Both the position numbers and the translations under genes were made by a program. Under the pieces are notes generated by a model. It was given only the letters and a program-made list of their open reading frames with translations. It was not told the DNA's origin and did no database searches. This document shows positions 24,709-37,627 of a DNA stretch of 48,966 nucleotides, in pieces (position 1 is the stretch's first letter; each line of letters starts with the position of its first letter). Origin of the DNA: Reclinomonas americana ATCC 50394 (lineage: Eukaryota). The stretch is from positions 80,241 through 129,206 of the forward strand of contig PS015183.1 in NCBI GenBank assembly GCA_048213135.1, given 5' to 3'.

Positions 24709-25202
24709 TATACTCGCTACAGGAACAGCACACACGCCGACTGATGACAACACGCGCTGGAGCAACGAATACACGGTGCCCTCACAACACACAGCAGAAA
24801 CAAGCACTGCGTGATTGACTGATCACGCTCTCTCAGGCCAGATGGATGGATAGGAGGTGATTTGAGAAGGATCCGGACGGCGAGGACGGAAGTGATGTCA
24901 CGGGGTGCGTCGTTGTTATAAGGCCTTGTGCAGCATAGTAGCTTATGGGGAGGAGCAACGCGTGCTTTGACGCCCTGACAAGGAAAATCAGCCGATCGCA
25001 CAAGTTTGTCATCACTGTTCACGTCGACGTCCATTGATCCGGATACCGCGTACGACAGTGCGCGCTCTGTCGTGTAAGTGTGTGGTAGTCATCTTATTAA
25101 ACAACCGTGTTGACTCTACATGCGCTTCTGCCAATGGAAGGCACTCTTCACGTCGCTATGTCCTGCTGCAGTGCATTTCGCATCGTAATCGTCGTGCAGA
25201 AG

Positions 25203-25691
25203 ATGTCTCGATTACTCGTGCTCTCACTGTACCGACGCATGCTGCGCTCTGCAGCACTCTTCATCACTCCACGTGGGCGCGAATGGCTGCCAACCACCAT
25301 TCGTCGCGAGTTCCGCGCACACAGGCGAGAATGCACACACTCCCTCTCTCTGCCTGTCTCCCTCCCTGTCTCATTCTCCCTCTCTCCACAGTGCGGAGAG
25401 CGACCCTCTGCTGGTGTCGCAACGCATTCGCGCGGCTCAGGTGCAAGCCGCCTACTTGGCCTCCAAGGAGACTGTGTGTGTGCCGAGTGCTCCACTCATG
25501 AATCAAGTCGCGCAGGCGCAGGAGGCCGAGGTCTGTCAGAGGGAGAGTGAGATGCCTCAGAAGCCCAGTCATTGACTCACTCACTTGCATCACACAGCGA
25601 CAACGGCAAGTGCTGGACGAGCGAGTGCTTCCGTTCCTGTTTGAGTATGTGGCCACGGACTTTGAGGGCGAGCGGTGGAAGCAGCACATGA
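25203..25691 (+). CDS. Hypothetical protein, 5' exons (may or may not belong to the PH gene after the gap)
   Basis: Exons LFITPRGREWLPTTIRRE, AESDPLLVSQRIRAAQVQAAYLASKET, RQRQVLDERVLPFLFEYVATDFEGERWKQHM with canonical splice sites. Confidence 0.5.
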
Positions 25692-26631
25692 NNNNNNNNN
25701 NNNNNNNNNNNNNNNNNNNNNNNNNNNNNNNNNNNNNNNNNNNNNNNNNNNNNNNNNNNNNNNNNNNNNNNNNNNNNNNNNNNNNNNNNNNNNNNNNNNN
25801 NNNNNNNNNNNNNNNNNNNNNNNNNNNNNNNNNNNNNNNNNNNNNNNNNNNNNNNNNNNNNNNNNNNNNNNNNNNNNNNNNNNNNNNNNNNNNNNNNNNN
25901 NNNNNNNNNNNNNNNNNNNNNNNNNNNNNNNNNNNNNNNNNNNNNNNNNNNNNNNNNNNNNNNNNNNNNNNNNNNNNNNNNNNNNNNNNNNNNNNNNNNN
26001 NNNNNNNNNNNNNNNNNNNNNNNNNNNNNNNNNNNNNNNNNNNNNNNNNNNNNNNNNNNNNNNNNNNNNNNNNNNNNNNNNNNNNNNNNNNNNNNNNNNN
26101 NNNNNNNNNNNNNNNNNNNNNNNNNNNNNNNNNNNNNNNNNNNNNNNNNNNNNNNNNNNNNNNNNNNNNNNNNNNNNNNNNNNNNNNNNNNNNNNNNNNN
26201 NNNNNNNNNNNNNNNNNNNNNNNNNNNNNNNNNNNNNNNNNNNNNNNNNNNNNNNNNNNNNNNNNNNNNNNNNNNNNNNNNNNNNNNNNNNNNNNNNNNN
26301 NNNNNNNNNNNNNNNNNNNNNNNNNNNNNNNNNNNNNNNNNNNNNNNNNNNNNNNNNNNNNNNNNNNNNNNNNNNNNNNNNNNNNNNNNNNNNNNNNNNN
26401 NNNNNNNNNNNNNNNNNNNNNNNNNNNNNNNNNNNNNNNNNNNNNNNNNNNNNNNNNNNNNNNNNNNNNNNNNNNNNNNNNNNNNNNNNNNNNNNNNNNN
26501 NNNNNNNNNNNNNNNNNNNNNNNNNNNNNNNNNNNNNNNNNNNNNNNGCCTTGTGTGTGCGCGCGTGTGAAAGAGAGAGAGAGAGTGATGCTCAAAAGTT
26601 CGATCTGTCTGTTTCTCTCTATCACACACAG

Positions 26632-29600
26632 AGGCTTTCTCAACAAGCAGAGTGGATCCATTCTCTCAACATGGCAGCGTCGGTGCGTGTGTGTGCACAT
26701 TGGTGTCACACACAGGTGTGTCTGTGTTGCACTCACACATCACATGCAGCTTCTTCGTGTTGGACGATGAAGGATTGCGATACTATGCGGATGAAACGGT
26801 GAGACACTGCTCTCTCTCCACCTGCTTACTGTTCTCATTCTCTTCCGGTGCATGCTCACTCTCACACATTCCGTTGGTGAGCAGGAATCGCGACTCAAGG
26901 GCATCATGCCGCGACAGAGCATCATTTCCGTGTCGGAGACCGCCAAGCGAAAGCGCTTCTCGTTCTGCTTGACCACGCACCTCAAGAAGGGCAAACAGGT
27001 CTGTCTTCCCCCACCTCCAATTCTCTTCCCCGCCCCTTGTTGTCCTCACCCTGCAACACAGTTCTACATTGCGGCCACCACGCAGCAGGAGGCCGATGAG
27101 TGGATGGGCGCCATTCGTGATGTGGTGCACCAGCTGCCGGCGATGAGTGTCGATCGGGCGGCCACGGCGGCCGAGGGCAGTGCAGCTGCTCCTCGTCGTT
27201 TGCACACTGCTCGTCCGAAATCCGTGGCTGCGCTGGCGCTGAGCCTGTCGGGCGACAGTGGCAGCAGTTCGTTGGTGCAGCGGGCGTCTGTGGCACTTAC
27301 CGGTGGTCTCTTCTCGTCGCCAGCAGCCGCCACTGCGGCCACGGCACCTTTGACGCCACTGTTGTTGTCGTCGTCGTTGCCGGCCGACTCGTCGACGCGG
27401 AAGCGTGGCACTTCGGTGCCGCCTCCGCTAATCACGGCCGCGGCCACGGCCACGCTGCTGTCCATCGACTCGCTGCCTCGTGCGGCTGAGATTAGCGCCA
27501 ACATCTCACGGTCGCCGTCCGTCTCGCCCAGTGGCTCGCCGAAAGAGTCACCGTTCGCCATCGCCGATGATGACGATGAGGTGATTGATGGCGACGATGG
27601 AATCGGCGACTGCAGTCCGCGCACTTCAGTGTCTCCCTCGCGCATGTCTGTTGGTAGTCGGCCGCACTCACTGACGGCTGGCCACGGCGCCAGCTCGCCG
27701 TACGCCCCAATCGACGTGCCGGCTGTCGGAATTGGCCGGCGTCGCAGTCTCGCCGGAATCAGCAGTGGAGGTGGCGGCGGTGGTGGCACCGAGCGCATGG
27801 ATGCAGAGCTGCTGGATGAGGAAGCCTTGCTGGAGGACAGTACAGTCGCACGGTACGTCGGCGCGGGTGGGAAAAAGAAGAAGAGAGCATTGGTTGCTCA
27901 CTGGGTGGTGTGTAACAGAGCCGTGGTGCATCGCCTGAAGGAGCGGGCGCAACGGGCCGAAGCTGCGCGGTCGTCGATTGAACAGCAGGCGATTCACGAC
28001 TTGCAGCAGGTTTGAGTGCCGGCGATTCGCGTTTTTTTTAATTTGAACCGCTGTTTACGTTCACCACTGTGCGCGACAGCTGCTTCTTCTCAACGATGCG
28101 TCGGGCCAACGCATCTATCGCTTTCGGCGGAAACTGCGCAGACTTCGACGTGTTGCGAGTACAGAGCCCCGGCTGAGCGCTGTGCGCAAGCCATCTCGGA
28201 GGAGGAATGGCGTCGCAAAGGCAGCTGCGGTGGCACCGGTGGCTGCGACAGCCAGCAGCAGCAGTAACAACAGCAGTCATCGCGGTCCACTGAAACTCGT
28301 GCGCGACACCACGGTTGACTACGATACCAGTGGTGGCGTTGACATTGGCGAGGAGAACACCGAGGACGCAGTCACATGTAGCGATCACGACGACGATGAC
28401 GACGCGGAGGATGCCGCTGGCGATGTCATGGTTGACGACGACGAAGATGGCGTGAATGACGTGGATGAGGACGAAGAGGAGGAGGAAGAAGAGGAAGAGG
28501 AGGAGGACGAGGGTGCGGATACGGACAGCTTGTTGGGCGAGTTGGATGCCACTCGCGAGTACTGGGAGAGTCTCGTGGCGCAGATCGAGGCCGAGAAACT
28601 GAAGCTGGAGGTGCAGGTGTCGGAGGCGCGAGTGCGCATCAGCTCGCTCGAGCTGCAAATCGAGGTGCGCGTCGTCGTCCCCTCTTCCTGTTCGTGCGAG
28701 CAGTCGGCTGAATATTGTCGGTGCAGAATTCCATCCCGCTGGCCGAGTGGAACCGCCAGTCCAGTGAGCTGCAGGATCAGCGTATTCGTGCGGAGCGCTT
28801 TGTCGACGAGCGTGAGTACGCGCTGCAGGAGTTGCAACGGGCGCTCATCACGATGCAGCACGAGCGCGACGAGGCACTCTCCAGCTGCACCGACCTAGTG
28901 GTAGAGCTGAAGCGACTCGAATCGGTGCCGGGCAGTAGCCTGACTGCCGACGCCGTCGTGTGGGTGGTGGATGGCGGAGACGGTCACGATGCGCCTCCGC
29001 CTCCTCAGTCCTCGCTACTGTGGCAATCGTCGCCCACTGCCTCGCAATCGTCAAGTAGGGGAAGTCGCCGCCACCCACTGCCGACCATTGCTCCACCGCC
29101 AGCTCCGCCGTCACGTGCGCGGGCTGCTGTCGGTGCCCTGCACGTGGCCCCCCTACTGTCGGTTCCCGGCCCGCCTCCACTGCAGCGCACTGCAACGTCA
29201 CCAGCTGTGCTGGAGAAACGCATACCCACCGCCGAGGCGCTCACCATCAACGTGTCGGGCGACGCCACGTCACCGACCAGCACGATTGGCGCACTGTCGC
29301 AGCAGACGGGTGGTGAGTCGCCCACTCATCGAGCGCGCCGGCACACGCTGAGTCCGGCACTGTCGGCCGCCGTCCGCGACCTCGCCCTGGTGACCGCCAT
29401 GCCACTCGGTCCCAGTGCCTCACCTGTGGCGGTTCGTGTATTCCCCTTCCTCCTTTTCTTCGTCCCCGAAGGTGTTTACTGTATGGGGGAATCGTCGCAG
29501 TCACTGGCCGCGTCGTCTTCGGCTCCACCGTCCGTGAGCTCCATGGGCTCGCGACGAGCGAGCGTTGGTGCATCCATGCTGCCACCGATGCACATTCTCT

Positions 29601-30348
29601 CTCCAGTGTACCCACGATCACGCGCTCTCTCGTTGGCCTCTCCGGCCATGGCCGCGGCCGCCCCAGCAGTCAGCAACTCATCTGTGGCATCGGCGTCGCG
29701 ACGATCGATGGCCAAGGACGCGGAGCTCGTGTCACTGCGCCACCGACTCGAGCAATGTTGCGCATCACCCGTTTTTGCTGATTGAGGTGCGCGTTTTTCT
29801 CCTCATCGCGCCGTCTTTCTTCGCACAGCACAACAAGACCTTGTCAAGCAGACGTCGTCGTACGAGGCACTACAGCAGCAGCTTGCCGACACGGAGAGAA
29901 CGCTGTCCGAGGTGCTCTCCAACGAGAATGCCTGTTGCGTTCTCGACCAGCCACCCTTCCCATTGTCGATTGGTTGTGGTTTCTCACTCTTTTGTGTGAT
30001 GCAGTGCTGGAGCCAGGCTCCTGGTCGCCGGCGCAGCTCATTGCTTTGATGGGCGAGTTGTCGACCGTGCGCAAGGAACTCGACGACGAGCGTCGCACAC
30101 GCAAGGACGAACGAGGTTGCGTACCAAGTGCTGCATATTTTCCGGCATGATGTGCACTCTGTCCTCTCACCATCATCATCATCATCACACGACAGTGATC
30201 CTCGTTCGCGAAGTCATGGCTCTCCAAGACCAACTGCGACACACTACAAAGACGCGCAAGCGCGATCGCGACGCGGAGCCACCGAAATTCGCGACTCAAT
30301 TGGCCTCACTGAACGCGGATGTGGAGCGGCTGACGGCCTGCAATGCAG
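26632..30348 (+). CDS. PH-domain protein with low-complexity linker, acidic tract and coiled coils (partial)
   Basis: GFLNKQSGSILSTWQRR/FFVLDDEGLRYY/...KGIMP...FSFCL.../FYIAATTQQEADEWMGAI is a PH-domain signature. Downstream heptad-rich exons join in frame. Confidence 0.88.
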
Positions 30349-30698
30349 GTGCGCTGACAGAGGGCATGCGTTGCGAGCGACAACAATTTCTTTTCGTGGC
30401 TTATGTGCGTTGTTTNNNNNNNNNNNNNNNNNNNNNNNNNNNNNNNNNNNNNNNNNNNNNNNNNNNNNNNNNNNNNNNNNNNNNNNNNNNNNNNNNNNNN
30501 NNNNNNNNNNNNNNNNNNNNNNNNNNNNNNNNNNNNNNNNNNNNNNNNNNNNNNNNNNNNNNNNNNNNNNNNNNNNNNNNNNNNNNNNNNNNNNNNNNNN
30601 NNNNNNNNNNNNNNNNNNNNNNNNNNNNNNNNNNNNNNNNNNNNNNACATGTGAGAATGAGGGAGGGAGAGATCAAGAGTCGTGCGTGCACCACAAAC

Positions 30699-32860
30699 CT
30701 TTTCCTGGTCGGCGCTCTTTTCGGGCGGAATCACGAGGTACACCTTCATAATGTCGCCAGTGAGGTTCTCAATCGAGCGTAGCATGTCCAATGGATGATT
30801 GCTGCTCGTGCCCTCCAGGCCCTGCGATGGCAACATGTGAGCACTCGTGTGTGCTCGTGTGTACAGGCCACCGCCACACTCACCAACACCGTAAACACTT
30901 GCTGAACGAGTTCTGTGGCATTACGCAGACGCTCCTCGTCCGCACTCGAGTGGAAACGAGTTCCCGCCGTACTGTAGCGTGCGTGACTCTAACAATGAGG
31001 ACGCCGAGCGCAAAGCGACAACGTAAACCATCAGTTGCTGACGCACCCCAACAACGACTCCAGCTTTCGTTGCCTTTCCTCCTCGAAATCGACCTCGGCA
31101 GCCACACGCGATGCCACCTCTTGTCGGTTGGCCAGCTGAGACTCACTGCGGAAAGAGGTTGGCGATTGTGCTGCGAGTGAGCACTCGCGGTGGAACAAAG
31201 GCTTGACGCAGTGCGGAAAATACGCAACAGCTCCTCGGTGCGCACACGAATTTTGCGATTCCACGTCTCCAGCTGCTCCTCGGCCTCCTGCTTGAGTTGC
31301 ATGAGGAAGAGGTTCTTGTCCTCCAAACTGGTGAACTCGGCCAGCAGCGATTCGGGGTGATCCATCCAGTACTTGATGCAGTTGAGCTGCACGCGGAGAT
31401 GAGCAAATAACGACACTGTTTGGCTGACGCGCACGGCGCAACTCTGAAATCCGCCTCGTCGTCCTCGGTGGGCTCTGCAGGCTGATCTGGCACCTCGGTT
31501 TTGAAGGTCTGCAGTCCAAAAAAAACAGTGAGAAAGCGATTCAACTGATTGTTGCTGGCGGTGAGTATTTCATGTCGGCCCGCAACTGTGGACTGGTAGC
31601 GCAATTGCTGCTGTTTCCACTCCTTGGGCGTCAGCTTGTCGAGGAACTCCTTGTAGTTTCGCAACTCATTCAGCTGCTCATCTTTCGAGGAGAGCTCGGA
31701 GCGCACGCGAGTGATCTCGGTCGTCAGACGCTTGATCTCCTGCACCTTTTGCTCCTTGTTGCGAGCGGCTGCGTCGGCCCTGCTCACCGAGCGGGGAGGG
31801 TGTTAGCGACAAAAGCGAAAAAAGAAGGCAAAGAGACACACACACACGCGCCTCTTGATCTCGTCAACAGCCTCCCGCTCAATCTGATTCATCTTGTTGC
31901 CGACGGCCAGGAACTCCTTTGCAATCTGCTCCTCGCGCAAGCGTAGTGATTCCTCCTTTTGCAGCACCTCCGCCTGCAATCGCTCCGTTTCCTTGCGCTT
32001 CTCCTCCAGACTCATTTGCAGGAGGAAGATGTTGCGCTTGGATTGGATGAAGTCCGACATGCGTTCCTTGTCGGGGCGCGCCACTGCAACAACAACACAC
32101 AGTCAACACCGGAAGGTGAAGGGGGAGGGGAAGGGGAAGGGGAAAGAGAAAGAGAAGGAGAAAGAGAAGGAGAAGGAGAAAGAGAAGGAGAAGGAGAAGG
32201 AGAAGGAGAAAGACAGGAAAGAAGAAGCAGAAGGAGAAGAAGAAGAACAACGACGACAACAACAACAATAATAATAATGAAACGAAGAAGAAGAAGAAGG
32301 AGAAGGACGAGGAGGAGGGGATGATCTAGAAGAACGCAACAGTGCTTGCGGATGCTGAGCAGCTTGTCAATCTTTTGCTGGCTGGCCTCCATCCGCCGAA
32401 TGTCCTTGGCCGTCAGCTTGACCTCGTCCAGCTGCAATCGCTGCGTGCCGATACTTGACGAGAAGGTGTGTTTGGCGTGCACAGGCATGTGCATGGTTTG
32501 CGAGCGGGACTGCATGGGAGAGGCAAAGGGAGAAGGGGGCACAGGGAGAAGGGGGCACAGGGAGAAGGGTGAGAGGATGAGGGAGAAGGGAAAGGAGAGG
32601 GAGAAGGGCAAGGAGAGGGAGGGCATCAGCTGCAACAACTGCATTGAGAAGGAGATGAGAAGAGACACGAGAAGAGAGACGGGTAATGGTGACGAGACAA
32701 ACGAAAGAGGTGGAGTGTGGCAAGCAGGAGAGACAAGGGAGAAGGAGAACTGCGTGAGAGACAGAAGGAGACAGCAGGGAGTGAGAGAAGGAGAGAAGAG
32801 ACATAGCTACCCGACTGCAGTCATTGACCACAAGAAGAAGAAGAAGAAGAGAGAGAGAAG

Positions 32861-32921
<61 letters not shown>

Positions 32922-33243
32922 NNNNNNNNNNNNNNNNNNNNACACCCTTCCCTCCCTCTCCCACCTCCCACACCCCACTCACCGCCTCCTTGACACGCCG
33001 ACTCTGCGAGCGAATCACAAACACCTGCTCAATCGACGGCTGCACCCACGGGTTCTCCTCCTCCTCGGCCGCCGCCTCCACCTCAATCGCCTGCTGCTTA
33101 GGCGGCCTCCTAGGCGCGGCCGCCACTACTCGCCTCCGTGGTGGCGGTCGCGCACTCGGCTCACCCGTTGACGATGACGCGCCTTCATCGACTTCCTCGT
33201 CCTCTTCTTCGTCGTCGTTGCCGTCGATGTCGTAATCGCTCAT
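30699..33243 (-). CDS. CFAP100: CFAP100/CCDC37-CCDC38 family (DUF4200) ciliary coiled-coil protein (3' end in gap)
   Basis: KERMSDFIQSKRNIFLLQMSL, KVQEIKRLTTEI..., YKEFLDKLTPKEW, FTSLEDKNLFLMQ..QEAEEQLE match DUF4200-family motifs. Confidence 0.82.
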
Positions 33244-33388
33244 TGTTGTGTTGTGTTGTGATCAACGGGTTTTGCTCGCGATGTCGTTTTGTGTGTGATT
33301 TGTCTGTGCGAAATGGCGCGTGAGGCGTCGTTGTTGGTGTGGGCGCTCATTGAGGATCTGGGGCTCCCGTTGGAGGTGAGCAGGTCGT

Positions 33389-33424
<36 letters not shown>

Positions 33425-33439
33425 GAGATGCAAGTGGAT

Positions 33440-33950
33440 TGCGATCACTCAGTCACTCTTGCACACGCTCACACACTCGCATGCACACACACATGCGCAC
33501 ACACTCCCCCACTCATCCACTCACTCTCACTCTCAGTCACTCTTCCACACACTCATTCACTCACTCTTCCACTCTTCCACTCACTCTCCCACTCACTCTT
33601 CCACACACTCACTCACTCACTCACTCCCTCCCTCCCTCCCCTCACTCACTCGCTTACTCACTCTCTCACTCACTCTCACACACATACACTCACCCACTCA
33701 CTCCCCCACTCACTCCCCCACTCACTCCCCCACTCACTCACTCCCCACTCCCCACTCACTCACTCCCCACTCACTCATCCCCACTCACTCACTCCCCACT
33801 CACTCACTCCCCACTCACTCACTCCCCACTCACTCACTCCCCACTCACTCACTCCCCCACTCACTCACTCCTCCACTCACTCCTCCACTCACTCCCCCAC
33901 TCACTCCTCCACTCACTCACCTTCCACTCACTCCCCCTTCTCTCACTCAC
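33440..33950. repeat. (CACT)n / CACTCCC microsatellite block between divergent genes
   Basis: Directly visible tandem CACT/CTCCCCACT units. Confidence 0.9.
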
Positions 33951-33986
33951 TTGTCTTCAACGTTGCAGCCAAGTGGTCAGGTGCTG

Positions 33987-36900
33987 ATGAAGAGTCACCG
34001 GACGGTGAGCGAGATCTTGAGCTCGTTGCGCGTTGATGTGCGCTCGGTGACGGCGGATGTGGTGGAGAGTGGATCGGACTCGCTTCGTTGAGTGTTGCGA
34101 GGGTTGGTGGGGAAGGAGGGATGGAGGGCGATTTGCTGCTTGCCTCCACACCATCGAGTGTGTCACACGGTCGACGAGAGAGGTACAACAGATCTTGCAG
34201 GTCTTCTTGTTATTCGCGACCTGAATTGTCTGTCTGTCTCTCACTTCGCGAAGCCGTTTCTGTTTCATGAGTGTGCTGTCGACGAGAGGCACAGCAGATC
34301 TGCAGGTCTTCTTGTTATTCGCGACCTGCATCGTCTGTCTTTCACTCCCTCTGCCTTACGAGTGTGGTGTCGATGAGAGGCACAACAGATCTGCAGGTTT
34401 TCTTCTTCCTTGTTTCGCGACCTGCATCGTCTGTCTCTCACTCCCTCTGCCTTCGCGAAACCGTTTCTGTTTCCTGAGTTTGTGGTCGACGAGCAGATCC
34501 GCAGGTTTTCATCTTCATTGTTGGCGATCTGCATCATCTGTCTCTCACTCCCTCGGCATACGCGAAGCCGTTTCTGTTTCATATGAGTTTGTGGTGGACA
34601 ACCGAGACAGGCGATCTGCAGATCTTCTTCTTTCTTGTTTCGCAACCCTTCATTGTCTGTTTCTCTCTCTCTCTGTCGGCCTCTGTATCCACAAGACTGT
34701 TTAGACAGAGACTTGTCAACGAGCNNNNNNNNNNNNNNNNNNNNNNNNNNNNNNNNNNNNNNNNNNNNNNNNNNNNNNNNNNNNNNNNNNNNNNNNNNNN
34801 NNNNNNNNNNNNNNNNNNNNNNNNNNNNNNNNNNNNNNNNNNNNNNNNNNNNNNNNNNNNNNNNNNNNNNNNNNNNNNNNNNNNNNNNNNNNNNNNNNNN
34901 NNNNNNNNNNNNNNNNNNNNNNNNNNNNNNNNNNNNNNNNNNNNNNNNNNNNNNNNNNNNNNNNNNNNNNNNNNNNNNNNNNNNNNNNNNNNNNNNNNNN
35001 NNNNNNNNNNNNNNNNNNNNNNNNNNNNNNNNNNNNNNNNNNNNNNNNNNNNNNNNNNNNNNNNNNNNNNNNNNNNNNNNNNNNNNNNNNNNNNNNNNNN
35101 NNNNNNNNNNNNNNNNNNNNNNNNNNNNNNNNNNNNNNNNNNNNNNNNNNNNNNNNNNNNNNNNNNNNNNNNNNNNNNNNNNNNNNNNNNNNNNNNNNNN
35201 NNNNNNNNNNNCCCCCTTCCCCCCTCTCCCCCCTTCCCCCCTCTCCACCTCCCCTTCCCTCCCCCCTCCACACAGGAGACCTGCAGTGGAGCCCACAAAC
35301 CAGCGACTTTCTAACCATTCTGCGGCGCCACAAGCCGCCACTGCCCGTACTGCATCGCAAGCGCGTGGCCGAGTACTTTACCATTCTCAACCTGCGCAAG
35401 CGCAAGGTCCTCCTCCTCTCTTCTGCCTTCTCCTTTTCGTCCCCCAACCCTTGCCTTACTTGTCGGCGCGCAGATTGGCGTCATTGACAAGGACTTTGGC
35501 AAGTTCTCGCGCCTCACCGAGGTCAACGTGTCGGCCAATGAGCTGCGCGTGCTGGAGAATTTGCCGCCGCATGTCAGCATTGTCAATGCCTTTGCGAACC
35601 AGTTGCGCTTTCTTTCGATTCCACTTTGCAGTCGTCCCTCTTTTGCTCACTCGTGCGTGTGCAGGATCACCGAGGTGCGCCTGCCGTACTCGCGCAACGT
35701 TCAGCACCTCGGCCTCGGCAACAACTTGCTCAGCAGTCTGCAGTTCCTGGCAGAGACCGACGGTGCGTGTTGTGAAGCTGATGTGTTGGTCTCTCTGCAT
35801 GCTGTCCACTCACTCTTCACAGACGAGGGCAACACGGTGTGGCCGGCTCTGGTGGGGTTGGATGTGTCGTTCAACGAGTTTGATCAGTGGGACGAGTTTC
35901 TGGCGGTGGTGCAAAAGCTGCCGGCGCTGCGCATGTTGTGGATTCAGGGGTTGCGTCGGGGGGAAGGAGGAGAAGCTGGAGCCTGTTTTCCAACCCCAAG
36001 AACTTACCTTTACCGCAGCAACCCAATGTCCATGTGCATTGGAATCCGCGATGCTGCATTGCTGGGCTTGCCGCGACTGCGCTACTTGGACGGGGTGGAG
36101 ATTACTGTGCCGGAGCGTGATGCTCTGCAAGAGCGAAGCGAGCGCACACAGAGGATACTGGCGGAGAAGGGCGAGTTGCCGCCTGGCGAGCGGGACGAGA
36201 GACATGTGATTCCTGGTCTGTCCTCTCATGTCCCCCCGCATTGATGGATCATCTGACGCCCTTGAACGCAGAGGTCAAGGTGACGCTGACCATCGACGCA
36301 GTGTCGTCTGTCATTCCGCGCGTGCCAGAGGCCGCTGAGCTTCGTCCACTCTTTGATGAGACGGTGCCCGACGACCAGAAAAAGTTGCACATTCCCTCTC
36401 ACCTTCTCACGTCGTGATTGCTACACTCCTCACACACACACAACCTTGCAGACTGTGGGCACCGGTGGCGTACTCGCTGGTGTACTCGTTCTTTGGGCAC
36501 CCACCAGTGCGGTCGGTCGAGTTTTTCAATCCGGTGGAGCAGCAAAAGATTGAGGCTCTCACTGCGGAGATCAGTGGTGGTGCGGCAGGCGGCAAGGGTG
36601 GCAAGAAGGCTCCTCCGGCCAAGGTGTGTTATGTGCAGACAACTCGATAAGCAGGTGGTTTCTCGCCATTTTGACAAGTGGTGCGTGTGTGTGCGTGTGT
36701 GTACAGCCTCCTGCTGGCAAGAAAGGCGCCCCCGCCCCCGTCGAGGAGGAGGTGGGCGCAGAGGAGCGGATCAACGGCAAGGTCACTGCTTTGCTGAACG
36801 AAATGCGTGTACCGTTCGATGCGCGATTGCCGGCAGCGTGGGCGGAGAAGTTTGTCGTTCCATGTGGCTCGGCCTTGTTCCACTATCTGCGTGGTGCGCC

Positions 36901-37550
36901 TGCTTGTGTCTGTGTTCCCATCCGCTCGTGCATCTCACCAATCTGCTGGCGTGAACAGACGAGGGACTGAGTGTATCGTTGGTTGCTCGGCGTGCACTGG
37001 CACCCGCCGAGGGCTCGCCACCAGCGGCTGCCACCGATAACGAGGGTCCATCGGCTGCGGCTGCTGCTGCGCTGCCGGCGGCCGACGAGCTGGTGCTGGC
37101 CTCGGTCACGGTGCCGATGTCGGAGTTGTGCGGCAGCAAGGTCAGCTAATTATTAACTTACTTTCTCTCTCCCCCCACATCACTCCTGCCATTTGACAAA
37201 TGTCTCTGCAGAGCGAGGTCGCCGCACAGTTGACGATGAAGAAACTGGCGTTTTCTCGCGAGTACACAATCGACAAGCGTGAAGTGGTGGTCCTGGACTC
37301 CAAGGGTCGACCGCGACCTCTGGCACAACCACAATTGTCTACTGGGTCGGCTGCTGCTGCGCCACCTGGCGACAGCAGCAGCGACAGTGCAGCTGCGCCG
37401 CCGGAGCCATCGCTGGATGAGCGGCTGCGATTGACGTCGCCTGTGTTGCACGTGAGCGCGGCCGTGGCGTCGCCTCTCGAGAAGCCACCACCACCACCGC
37501 CAGAACCGGAACCCGTGCAGCCGACGCCGGTCAAGGGCAAAAAGAAATGA
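33987..37550 (+). CDS. Leucine-rich repeat protein, LRRC43-like
   Basis: LRRs FSRLTEVNVSANEL, LPPHVSIVNAFANQI, HLGLGNNLL, LVGLDVSFNEF, LRMLWIQGNP, LRRcap LPRLRYLDG; KGGKKAPPAK-rich C-terminus. Confidence 0.78.
34170..34720. repeat. Diverged ~90-115-nt tandem repeat (about 5 units) with internal inverted repeat, in LRR gene intron
   Basis: Units start ~34170, 34278, 34369, 34485, 34594. Core AGATCTGCAGGT...GCGACCTGCATC. Confidence 0.8.
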
Positions 37551-37627
37551 ATGTCGCCGTTGTTTAATGGTACACATAGACTCCCGGGTTAAAATAATTA
37601 TCTGCACCGAGGAGGGTGTTTGTTGGC

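Larger units (their letters stand above)
15886..25160. repeat. Tandem segmental triplication of a WD40(+)/coiled-coil(-) gene pair
   Basis: Homologous blocks: 16260-16790 ~ 18844-19405; 16790-17980 ~ rc(19595-20869) ~ 23166-24460; 21429-22105 ~ 24464-25160. Confidence 0.9.

Noticed and set aside
15886-25160. Transposon explanation for the repeated cassette
   Set aside because: No transposase, reverse transcriptase, terminal repeats or target-site duplications are visible, though gaps limit certainty.
33289-34091. His/Ser/Thr/Pro-rich ORFs
   Set aside because: Translations of the CACT microsatellite.
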